NCBI RefSeq assembly: GCF_963921235.1
Contig: NC_086109.1
Span: 15,192,001 to 15,256,000 of the forward strand
Length of the DNA stretch: 64,000 nucleotides
Direction of reading: 5' to 3'
Source: Mobula hypostoma
Taxonomy: Eukaryota
A model generated the notes under the pieces. That model was not told where the DNA came from. It did not search any database and worked only from the letters and a program-made list of their open reading frames with translations. Made by a program: the position numbers and the translations under genes. Below are positions 25,228-36,162 of this stretch, in pieces (within the stretch, counting starts at the first letter, position 1; each line of letters opens with the position of its first letter).

Positions 25228-25662
25228 GTCTCCAACCTGATGGCACGAATATCGATTTTTCCTTCCAACTAAAAAGAATTTCCCTTCCCATTCCCTCTTC
25301 CTCTAATCCCCATTCTGGCTGTTTACTTCTTCTTGTCTGCCAGTTACTTCCCCCTGGGTCACCTCCTCCTTTCTCCTGTGGTCCACTTTCATCTCTTGTC
25401 ATATTTCTTCTTCTCCAGCCCTTGATCTTCCCCACCCACCTGGCTTCACCTATCACCTTCCAGCTAGCCTCCTTCCCCTCCCCGACCTTTTTTAGTTCTT
25501 GCATCTCCTCCCCCCTTCCTTTCCAGTCCTGAAGAAGGGTCTCAGCCTGAAAGGTCGACTGTTTATTCATTTCCACAGATGCTGTTTGACCTGCTGAGTT
25601 CCTCCAGTGCTTTGTGTATGTTGCTTTGGATTTCCAGCATCTGCAGACTTCCTCATGTTTAT
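25228..25662 (+). mobile_element. Penelope-like 3' fragment
   Basis: Colinear with 45042-45470. Confidence 0.85.
25524..25561 (+). ncRNA. Minimal type-I hammerhead ribozyme motif (near-intact)
   Basis: cagtc CUGAAGA a ggg-ucucag-ccu GAAA g GUC gacug; stem I cagtc/gactg is perfect; one stem III substitution. Confidence 0.65.
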
Positions 25663-26119
25663 GTTCTACAGTCTTATTAACTGGGCTTTCAAGCTCTGTA
25701 TTTTCTCCTGGGAGGTTGCAGAGAGAAAAAAGGGATTAGCTGGGGTGATAGGCACTCAATGGATGTGACTTCACATTTTTATGTTAATACATGTCTCAGC
25801 TACCAAAGCCATGAGTTCAGGAATTTCTTCCCTCAACTTCCATTATTTTGCCTGTCTGGTCTTCTTTGAGATTTTTCTTAAAAGCTCTTTTGGACCAACG
25901 TTCTGACCAGATATTGCATTATTTCTTTATGTGGCTCAGTGACAAATTCACTGGCTGGCAAGCTTTTTATGTTCAGTGTACCATATTAATACAATCTTAA
26001 AAATACTTAATGATTTATAATAATTGAAATAATCTGATAGATGGGGAAATTGAGACAAAGACAAGTATGAACATTCAGTGCGCAGAAAGGGTTCCAGAAA
26101 ACCACCTCAATAAACTTCT

Positions 26120-26260
26120 GGGTTTCGGACCGAATCGTCGACTGGAGGGTCCTGCCGACGGGTTTCGGCCCGAATTGTCGACTGGAGGGTCCTGCCGACG
26201 GGTTTCGGCCCGAATCATCAACTGGAGGGTCCTGCCGACAGGTTTCAGCCCGAATCGTCA
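26120..26260 (+). repeat. 3.5 x 40-bp tandem repeat of a hammerhead-derived unit, followed by Penelope terminus to ~26360
   Basis: Unit gggtttcggcccgaatcgtcgactggagggtcctgccgac with exact period 40. Confidence 0.9.
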
Positions 26261-26417
26261 CCTATACTCTTTTCCTAGATGCTGCTTGGCCTGCTGAGTT
26301 CCTCCAGCATTTTGTGGGTGTTGCTCGGATTCCAGCATCTGCAGATTTTCTCTTGTTTGTGGTTAGATTGTGGTTAGAACTCTGTTCCAGGGATGTCTAC
26401 CCTGAAGAAGTTTAAAT

Positions 26418-26522
26418 CTTCCAGTCCTGCCAAAAGGTTTCGGCCCAAAACATCGACTGTGCTCTGTTCCTAGATGCTGCCTGACCTGCTGAGTTCCACC
26501 AACATATTGTGTGTGTTGCTTC
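26418..26522 (+). mobile_element. Penelope-like terminal fragment with degenerate hammerhead
   Basis: cagtcctgccaaaaggtttcggcccaaaacatcgactg. Confidence 0.75.
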
Positions 26523-27149
26523 AATAAACTAAATGTCCTTTTCGATGTTTGTCTGTGCAGTTCAGTTCTAATTTTAGCCTGCAGCAAAGGTAGTGGCATA
26601 CCGCCAGAGGCGGTAGGCTGTAATTATATTAAGATAAAGTTAAATATGCAGATTGTATTTGAAATGTAGACATATTGACTCCAAAATGGTTATACAAATA
26701 AATAGGAATGGATTATATTTCTTCAAGCTGGAGACACAAGAGGTACTGGAATCTGGAGCATTTTCTAAACTGCTGATGGAAGTCAGTACGCAAGGCAGCA
26801 TCTTTCAAGGCAGAGCTAGTTAATGTTCGGGAAGAGATATTGACCATGTCTCTGCTTCCACAGATGCTGCCCGACCTACTGAGTTCTTGCAGCAGTTTGT
26901 TCTTCGATTCAGTCTACCTTAATCAACGGTGACACAATCTGGCATCATGCTCCCTGATCACTATTCCCCACATTAAGCAAGTGTAGGTTTCAGTCTAGGA
27001 TTTGTTACATTTCCACCTACTTTGCTATTTACCTTGACTTTCAAGTGCAGGTTATAATACAATGATAGTCTTCTCACCTTCAAATCATGAGGCACGGTTC
27101 AAATCACACTCAAGAAAATTCAAGGATAAAGTTGGAGCTGACACTAGAG

Positions 27150-27365
27150 TATCACTCTCTAGCTTGTATTCCTCTTCCTCCACACCGCCCGCCACACACC
27201 TTATTCTGGCTCCTTCTCCCTTCCTTTCCAGTGCTGGTGAAGGGTCTTGGCTCAAAACATTGAGTGTTCATTTCCCTCCATTGATGCTGCCTGACCTGCT
27301 GAGTTTCTCCAGCATTTTGTATTTGCTCCTCTGGATTTTCAGCATATGCAGAATCTCTTGTGTTT
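27150..27365 (+). mobile_element. Penelope-like 3' fragment
   Basis: ttccagtgctggtgaagggtcttggctcaaaac plus the shared terminus. Confidence 0.75.
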
Positions 27366-27494
27366 ATTCTGTATAATGTACTTTTTCAAGAATCCTTTTG
27401 TGCTACTTCGATGTACTTATGCATGGATTGATGTGTCTGGATGGCATACAAACAAAAGATTTTCACTTTATCTCTGTACATCTGACAATAACAA

Positions 27495-27773
27495 TCATGT
27501 GTGGTGCATGGCCAAGTGGTTAAGGCGTCGGTCTAGTGATCTGAAGGTCGCTTGTTTGAGCCTCTGCTGAGGCAACGTGTAGTGTCCTTGAGCAAGGCAC
27601 TTAACCACACATTGCTCTGCGACGACGCCGATGCCCAGTTGTATCGGCCCTAGTGCCTTTCACTTGGACAACATTGGTAGCGTGGAGAGGGGAGACTTGC
27701 AGCATGGGCAACTGCCGGTCTTCCATATAAGCTTGCTCAGTCAACATCGAAAATTGATGGACAGCCGAAGGAG
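27495..27773 (+). mobile_element. tRNA-head CORE-like SINE
   Basis: A box tggccaagtgg; gtgtccttgagcaaggcacttaa; 8-bp TSD aataacaa (27487-27494, 27774-27781). Confidence 0.8.
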
Positions 27774-28400
27774 AATAACAAACCAATTACCATGAATTCT
27801 GTAACCTCCTCCAAACCACTAATACAAGTGGTAAATAATTGAGAGCCAAGGCCCCATACTTAGGGCAAGCAATAGTTCCATCTCTTCTGTCTGTAAAAGA
27901 GCAACTTATTCTGAATTATTTATTTCTTTTTGGTCTTCTAAATGTGAGGGAGGAGGGGAAGCAAGGATTTACATGAGTGGATCAACATTAAAGTGCAGGT
28001 CTTGTTTGGATTATTTTATGCATCATAAGGAAATATCCTTTCGAATGGCAGAAATCTCTATAGAGTCAGTATAAGGGTAGAAGTATCTGGCATAGATTGA
28101 GGTCTATGCATTGTGCTCTAAGACCAAGGATGGTTGCCCAAGCTGTCCTGTAACAGTAGGCAAGAAGTATGTTAATGAGCAGCTGATATCTCCAAATATC
28201 ATTGCTTACTGATACTTTGCTACTGTCAGTTAGTATTCAATGTGTGTATAACGTTATGCTGTGGCGTAAGACAGAAGTGCTCAAGAAATTTGAAAACAGT
28301 TACTGTAGTGGTTCCTCGAACAAACCAGCACTGCTTGGAGACTAAGCATGGGGTTGGTGGGCGCGGTTTGATCCTGTACGCTACGCTATCCAATCCAATA

Positions 28401-29271
28401 ACATTGCGGCCAAAAAGTTCTATTTTAACTTCATCAGTCCACAGGACTTGTTTCCAAAATGCATCAGGCTTGTTAGCTGTTCCTTTGAACCTTTTGAATA
28501 GAACTTTTTGGCTGCAATGAGCAAAGGTATGTTTGGAGAAAAAAGGGTGCAGAATTTCATGAAAAGAACCCCTCTCCAACTGTTAAGCATGGAGGGGTGG
28601 ATCGATCATGCTTTGGGCTTGTGTTGCAGCCAGGGGCACAGGGAACATTTACCTGTAGAGGGAAGAATGAATTCAATTAAATACCGGTAAATTCTGGAAG
28701 CAAACATCACACCGACTGTAAAAAAGCCGAAGATGAAAAGAGGATGGCTTCTACAACAGGTTAATGAAGCTAAACACACCTCAAAATCCACAATGGACTA
28801 CCTCGAGAGATGCAAGCTGAAGGTTTTGCCATGGGCCTCACAGTCCCCTGACCTAAACATCGTCAAGAATCTGTGGATAGAGCTCAAAAGAGCAGTGCAT
28901 GCAAGATGGCCCAAGAATCTCACAGAACTAGAAGCCTTTTGTAAGGAAGAATGGGTGAAAATCCCCCAAACAAGAATTGAAAGACTCTTAGCTGGCTACA
29001 GAAAGCGTTTACAAGCTGTGATACTTGCCAAAGGGGGTGTGACTAAGTACTGCCATGCAGGGTGCCCAAACTTTTGCTTCGGGCCCTTTTCCTTTTTTGT
29101 TATTTTGAAACTGTAAAAGATGGAAATAAAAAATTTTTCTTGCTTAAAATATTAAAGAAATGTGTCATGTTTAACTTTATGCCTTTTGGAAATCAGTTCA
29201 CCTTTTACTCGCTTAGGTATTCACAGTAACAGAAATTTTGACTGGGGTGCCCAAACTTTTGCATGCCATTG
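28401..29271 (+). mobile_element. Tc1-family DNA transposon, right half, dead transposase, IR/DR right end
   Basis: TVKHGG, LLQQVNEAKH, SPDLNIVKNLW, AKGGVTKY; gggtgcccaaacttttgc at 29060-29077 and 29245-29262; ends cattg+TA. Confidence 0.9.
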
Positions 29272-29289
29272 TATATTAAAAAGACAAGA

Positions 29290-29585
29290 TGGTGTTCAAG
29301 GGCTCAATGTCCATTTGGGAATCACATGGCAGAGGGGAAGAGTTGCTGAGTGTGTGCCAGACTTCTGTACCTCCTACCTGATGGTAACAGTGAGAAAAAG
29401 GCATGTCCTGGGTGCTGGAGGTCCTTAATAATGGATGCTGCCTTTCTGAGACACCGCTCCTTGAAGATGTCCTGGGTACTTTGTAGGCTAGTACCCAAGA
29501 TGGAGCTGACTAAATTTACAACCCTCTGCAACTTTGTTCGGTTGTGTGTGGTAGCACCCCCCCCCCCATACCAGACAGTGCTGCA
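29290..29585 (-). mobile_element. Rex1-type LINE C-terminal fragment
   Basis: RCLRKAASIIKDLQHPGHAFFSLLPSGRRYRS. Confidence 0.8.
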
Positions 29586-30332
29586 CAAATTCAAGTTAAG
29601 CATTCTTAATGTATCCAAGAAAAGTCAAATGTACTTAAGTGATTTCAAACATGTGTAAGCAAACTTAGGTGGTCAACAAAAAAGATATCACTCCCTTGCT
29701 CTGTCCAAACTAGACTGACCCAAAGACAAAGCATGAATTTGTAATTAAACTCTTTGCTTCTACTATGCCCCAACCCACATGACTAACTACCAGTAATAAA
29801 CATAATAAATGCTCAACACAAAATATAATATAGATAGAAAATAGATGCTTGGCTCCCACAGTTATATTTTAGCATAAAATGTGTGTAAAAAATTAAGCAT
29901 AAATTTAATTAACAACAAGCACATGTGCGGTTTTGTGCTGTTGTCAAACCAAAACTTCCCTAAAAATTCTGAAGCAGAGAAATTAAAGGGTAGGAACACA
30001 AGCAAATTACTTTAACTAGAAATTCTCGTGCATGATGATTTCATTCATTTACCAATTAAACAGGATTAGAATTGAAGGAATGATAATTAAATATTGATGG
30101 CTTTAAAGTGAGACAAATGAAAAATTGCTGAGACAAGAAATAAATGGGTTGGCAGGATGGTAAACTAATTGAGGCAGTTTAATACATCTTCCTGATATCC
30201 CCAAACAACAATCCTCACTGATACTTTGCTACTATCAGTTGCTCATTAATGTGTACTGTATATAATGTTGTGTTGGGTCTTAAATCCAACTGGTACTTTC
30301 CTTCGTCCTTTCAAAAGTAATTTTCCTCAAAT

Positions 30333-30612
30333 GGCGCCATGGTAGCAATGTATTTAGCGCAACGCTATTACAATTCGGGGCATTGGCATACCGAGTTCAA
30401 TTCCGGCATCCTCTGCAAGAAGTTTATATGTCCCTCCCATGACCACGCAGGTTTCCTGCGGGTGCTCCAGTTTCCTCACAAAGACACACCCGTCAGTAGG
30501 GTAATTGGTCATTTGAAATTTCCCTATGGTTAGGCTAGGGTTAAGTAGGCGGGTTGCTGAGCCGTGCAGCTGCCAGGAGGGCTTGTTCTATTCTGTATCA
30601 ATAAATAAATAA
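30333..30612 (+). mobile_element. V-domain SINE (HE1-like)
   Basis: gagttcaattcc B box; ggtttcctgcgggtgctccagtttcc; aata tail. Confidence 0.75.
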
Positions 30613-31169
30613 AGACTGTTGGAAACTGTAGTCATGTACTCTCAATCTTTTATACTTGGTGACTGATTTACATTTTATTAATTGCACACGCTGCCTCTTG
30701 TTTCTGTATTGCGTGGACAATGAACCAAACGCATTTCCTAGGATGACAAAGCTGCCCGAGATCTCATATCAGTAAAGAAAAGGTAGGTAGGATGTGATTC
30801 TTTTCTATACAAAACAAAAGGTTGAAGAGTAACTTAGGATCTTTAAAGATTATAACTGTGCTGCAAGTTACTACAGGTATATGTTAAACAGGGGAAAGTC
30901 TCTAAATCCAATGCAACACACACAAAATGCTGGAGGAACTCAGCAGGTCAGACAATGTCTATGGAAAGGACCTTAAGAAGGATCTTGGCCCGAAACCTCA
31001 ACTGTTTACTCATTTCCATAGATGCAGGTATATGTACTGTGTGTGACTATATGTACTGGGTTTTGCATTTTGACCCCAGAGAAACGAATGACAGTAAACT
31101 TGAACTTGATTGCAAAGGCCAAACGCATTTCTTCGTTGGCGGAATCCAAAAGTAGTATCGAGAGGCCAC

Positions 31170-31460
31170 TTCACAGGATCCAAAAACTTAGCCAGCTCCA
31201 TCATTGGCACTAGCCTACCCAGCTTTAAGGACATCTTCGGAAGGAGATGTCTCAAAAACGTGGCACCCATCACTAAAGACCCTGACCATCCAGGACATGC
31301 CTTCTTATTATTAGCACCAGAGGGATGGTACAGGAGCTCGAATGCACACACTCAACATTTTACTAACAGCTTTTCCCCCTCCGCCATCAAATTTCTGAAT
31401 GGACAATGAACCCATGAACACCCCCCTCACTATTTTTGCTCCATTTTTACACTACCTTTC
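31170..31460 (+). mobile_element. Rex1-type LINE 3' fragment
   Basis: RRCLKNVAPITKDPDHPGHA..NSFSPSAIKFLN. Confidence 0.75.
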
Positions 31461-31932
31461 TAATTAATTAGATAATTAATTAATTGCGTGAGACAATTCT
31501 GCTCTGATGTCAAAAATATTTCTTCAGTGTCAGAAATTTCCTCCGGCAGGTCACAGCAATTTTGTTTGTATCTCATTTACATGGAGGGTAATAATGGAGC
31601 AAGAGTTCCTTGAATGAATTTTTGCTGTTCACTTGTCTTCTCTGGGCTCTCACCAGTTTTCTGCAGTTAGCTGATTTTGTGACTCTCTGAAGAAAGTCTT
31701 GGAGCTTGTCCTTAAATCCTCTGCTAAATTAGTTGCATTCTGCTAATTTACACAAAAAAAGTCAGGAGATTATAAAATATTTGAATCCAACTACATTGTG
31801 TCAAGAATGTGACTAAAGGGATGTAGCCACAGATTTTACACGAGTCTTCGCAGTTAAAAGAAATAGTACCAGATGGATTTTCGCTTTTGGGAGACACTAT
31901 CTGTCCAGCATGTTAAAATCAACAGCATAAGG

Positions 31933-32240
31933 GAGTCTGCAGATACCAGAAATCCAGAGCAACACACAAAGTGCTGGAGGAACTTAGCAGCTCAGGCAGC
32001 ATCTATGGAGAGGAATTAACAGTTGGCATTTTTGGCTGAGACTCTTCATCAGGTCTATGATGAAGGGTCTTGTCCCGAAATATGGAGTGATTATTCCATT
32101 TTATAGAAGCTGTCTGCCTTGTTGAGTTCCTCTAGCGCAGGAGTTCCCAACCATTATTATGCCCAGGACCCCTACCATTGACGGAGGGACCTATGGACCA
32201 GAGGTCGGGAACCCCTGCTCTAGCGTTTTGCGTGCTCTGC
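31933..32240. mobile_element. Foldback (head-to-head) Penelope terminal element
   Basis: Minus-strand terminus and hammerhead join plus-strand hammerhead and terminus at catcagg-tcta-tgatgaagg (~32050-32065). Confidence 0.75.
32138..32217. mobile_element. 80-bp hAT (Charlie-like) MITE
   Basis: 15-bp TIRs (13/15); perfect 8-bp TSD ctctagcg (32130-32137, 32218-32225). Confidence 0.9.
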
Positions 32241-33321
32241 CTTTAAATGAGCTATCTGTCAAAAGGAAAGATGTCACAGAAAAACAGTGATAAATGTAAA
32301 AGCAGTTGTCAGCTTCAGGATCAATGTGTTTGTCAGTGGATGTCAGTTTATCCAATTTCAATGCGTATTGTATATCAGTAGGAATTTGTTCTGTTGAAAT
32401 TCCAATTACAGCTCATTTTTACTTAACAAGATGGTGATGTTCCTGTGGAGTTAATGCTTTATGAAGGTTAGTTCAGTGGCTTAATTTAAAACCAGCTATT
32501 CACACTGTGTCAATGTATCGAGTATTGATACTGTGGTTGTCATGTCATATTGAGTAATGTGCTTTGTTAAAATTCAACATTGAGATAGATGGTTTGAATA
32601 ACTTGGTGCAATTTAGTAGAAGAAGTGGAAGGATTTTGTGTGTCACATGACATATATTTGTCACATAATTTTATTATGTCTTATTACAGCTGGATCCCAT
32701 GCATTATTCCTAGTGTGCAGTCATCTGAAAGTTAGTTCTGTTCCTCTCTCCATCTTGGGTGAAGACACAAGGCTAAACAATGATTTCTGGAGGTCTGTTT
32801 TTAAAAGGTGTAAGAACTATGCATGGTGTGCATTTTCAGAATCAGAATCATGTTTAACATTGCCAGCATATGTCGTGAAATTTGTTGTCTTTGTGGCAAC
32901 AGTGCATTGTAATACTTAATAATAGAAAAAACTGTGTATTACAGTAAGTATGTATTATTTAAATAGCTAAATTAAGTAAGTAGTGCATATAAGCATATTG
33001 CTACACACAATGCCAAAAGCTTCAACAGATTTATAAAACATGGAAGCAACTTTAACCTCTTAAGCAAGAAAGACTATAGTGACCTTTTGAAAGCCCCTTT
33101 TTGCTGCTGCACCCACCATTGACATGAGACATTTTGACTCAAACAGTCATACTCTGCTTCACAGAGCTCCTAATGCTGTCTTGTGGTCAGACCTTGTCCT
33201 TTCCTATTAATTCTCAACATCTGTGCTAGACTCAGCTGTTCTCCAAGCATATGCTGGGTCAAGCTCTCGTTCACTACCCCCCACCCCACCTCACTAGGGT
33301 TGGGCTCTTGTTCCCTTTTTT

Positions 33322-33570
33322 TATGAGGAGGAATTTCATTAGCCATAGGGTGATGAATCTATGGAGTTCATTGCCTCAGTTGGCTGTGGAGGCCAGTCAC
33401 TGTGTATATTTAAAGCAGAGGTTGCTAGGTCCTTGATTATTAAGAGTGTGAAAGGTTACGGGGAGAATGCAGGAGAACGGGGTTGAAGGAGATAATAGAT
33501 CGGCCATGATGTAATGGCAGAGCAGGCTCAATGGGCCGAATGGCTTAATTCTGTTCCTATGTCTTATAGT
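33322..33570 (+). mobile_element. CR1 3' end
   Basis: MRRNFISHRVMNLW; CR1 tail. Confidence 0.85.
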
Positions 33571-34787
33571 CGAATACACAGAGAATCCAATGAGAAAGGT
33601 ACATTGCAGAGGGAAGATTCATCATCTGTGTATAAATAAAAATGTTCAAGATTATATAAAACTGAAAGAACAAGCAAGTAATTGCACACAACCCAGTGTT
33701 CAAGTTGGAAGATTATAGATAGAGACTGTTCAACAAAAACAAAGAATCACTTGAAGATTAAAAAGGACTGACAAATTAGAATAAGAGATAAAGCTAGCCA
33801 GAGCTGTCAAAACATAAGAAAAAAGATGAGCCTGGAGAATTAATATTAGAAAATAAGGAGGTATCAGATGAATTAAACACAGTATTTTGCATCAGACTTC
33901 ATTACAGTTGATATAAGTAACATCCTAGAGATAGTTGTAAGTCATGACTATAAACTAAGGAAGATTGCAATCACTAGAAAAATGGTACTCAGCGTATTAT
34001 TGGTCTGTGGGTTGATATGACTTTTACTCTATAGGGACTGCATTCAATTGTCTTAAAAGAAAAGGCAGGCAAATAGTAGAAATATTGTTTTTTTTAATTT
34101 TCCAGAATTCCCTGGATTTGAGGAATAATCCATCTGTTTTGGAAGTATCAACATAATTCCTTTGTTTTAAAAGAATATGGAAGGCATGAAAATGCAGGCT
34201 GGTTAGCTAAATATCTTACAGGTAGTTTTATGCCTCCTGTCTTTTTAAGATGGAAAATGGGAGCTTTTATTAAAACATTCTAACAGGGCACTTAAGACAC
34301 GTTCATGGTAATCTAGTAAGGTCAAAATAACTTTGTGAAAAGGAAATACTACTTGACCAAATATTTGAACTTCTTTGAAGAAGTAACATATGCATCCCCA
34401 GAACATAATTTTTTCCAAGGTGCTGCATTACATTTTAATAAAATAAAGACTCTTGGTTTTAAGGGGAAATAGGTTGACATGGATAGAAGATTGGTGATCT
34501 GACAAAACAGTGTATGCAAAAATGGCAAGATGTAATGAGCTATGTGCCACAGAGATTGGTCTGAAGCTTCAAGATTGTAGAATTATGTAAATGACTTGGA
34601 GGAAGACAGTTAAAGATTGGTTATTAAATTTGCTGATTTCAGAAAGTCAGTTGTGAAGAAGACATAAAGTGGCTACAAAGGGATTTAAATAATGTAGCTG
34701 AGTGGGCAGAGACCTGGCAAATGGAGTATGGGTGGGAAATGTGAAACTGTGTATTTTATCAATATGCAAGAAGCCTATAATCCAGAT

Positions 34788-34869
34788 CAGGGGTTTCCAT
34801 CCTAGGGTCCCAAGACTCTCCTCAGTTAATGGTAGGAGTCCATGGCATAAAAGAAATTGGGAACCCCTT
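34788..34869. mobile_element. Second copy of the hAT MITE, opposite orientation
   Basis: caggggtttcc..gggaacccct; internal sequence is the reverse complement of 32138-32217; TSD 6/8. Confidence 0.75.
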
Positions 34870-35369
34870 ATTGAGATTGCGAATGATCAGAGAGTTGTGA
34901 GATATAGAGAGGCAGGTACTACCCTTCAAACATCAAGCCCTTGAACAAAAAGGGGATAACTATTCTCACTTGCCAATCCATTGAGATGTTCCTACAACCA
35001 ATGATCTCACTTTTAAAAACTCTTTATCTTGATATTTCATGCTCTTATTATTTATTGTTATTTATTTATATTTGCATTTGCACAGTTTGTTCTCTTCTGC
35101 TCTCTACTTGATCTTTTGTTGATCCTGTTAGTTACTGTTCTATAGCTTTGCTGAGTATACCAGTAGAAAAATGAATTTCAGGGTTGTATGCGGTGATGTA
35201 CATGTACTCTGATAATAGCATTTACTCTGAACTTTGATCTAGGTATCATAAAATTGACAATATAACTAACAAGGTTCACAAAATTGACCATATAACTAAT
35301 TAAGGAGAATAGTAAAGGAGTAATTTGGTAGCACTCCTTTGGAATTGAGTATAACGTAGGCAAGACTTT

Positions 35370-36000
35370 CTGAACCTTCAGATGACTAAGCAGACTGATT
35401 CTGGGTACACTTGTCCGTAGGCACCAGGCTGTTCCACTTCTCCTTCCAGTGCTGGTATTCTATCCCAGCACTGAGTTAATGGGCTTGGAATAGCCTGAGG
35501 CTTGGTGGACCCTCTGGCGCCCATCCATTCAGTTAGCTGTTTGCACCCCTCTATTATTTCTTTGTGCTTTTTCTTATGGCCATGTTTTACACATTACCCA
35601 ATATAGAGCTATAAGAATACACTCCACTGAAGGGTATGGTTCTTGGGCATTCAGGACCAATAGCCTTTCTATCATAACCTATTACTCAAGAAGAACAATA
35701 GTCTACCCATCATAGCATATTCCTAAGAACTTTGATGCTGGCAGATGCAGCTTGATAAAGCACATTTGTGTTGGTGGGTGATCCTTTAATTTCATCCCCA
35801 GGATTCAGTGCAAGAGCACAAGGCCTTCAAAGTTCCTTAAATATATTAGCTGATGGTTGACATTTCTATCCAGTGGTTCCTTTTTCATGTTGTGGATGTG
35901 ACACTGGACCTCAGCCTTCTGCTTGTAGCACACTGATGACTTTTATGAGTTTTGTACGAGGTTTTGCTTGGTGATAAAGGTTGCTCACTTCAGCTCAAGG
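35370..36000 (-). mobile_element. Decayed RTE-clade LINE 3' part
   Basis: Reverse strand gives ILGMKLKDH, TNTNVLYQAASASI, RMP, RISLLSHLK-like blocks across frames. Confidence 0.5.
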
Positions 36001-36162
36001 AGATCAAGGAGATCACAAGTAAGAGCATTGCTGTTAAGCAATTAGGAAATCTGACAGGATGATAGTGTTTGTCACTGACAGAACCAAATACGGCTTCAGT
36101 TATATGACATTTGGAGACGGAGCATATGGAGTATCGTGTGCAGTCTTCTTATTCAAGAAATG

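Noticed and set aside
26120..26260. CRISPR-like array
   Set aside because: Units are contiguous with no unique spacers, no cas genes are present, and the context is eukaryotic
26599..26617. taccgcc-aga-ggcggta hairpin / CTCF-like site
   Set aside because: Only a 7-bp stem and an imperfect CTCF match; not distinguishable from chance
30032..30131. C/D-box snoRNA (atgatga..ctga)
   Set aside because: No convincing terminal stem or guide; motifs expected by chance in AT-rich DNA
30742..30782. Possible 41-bp exon (tag|GATGAC..AAAG|gtagg)
   Set aside because: Weak polypyrimidine tract, unrecognised peptide, no partner exons
32690..32807. Possible exon after ttattacag
   Set aside because: One open frame but no recognisable protein or supporting evidence
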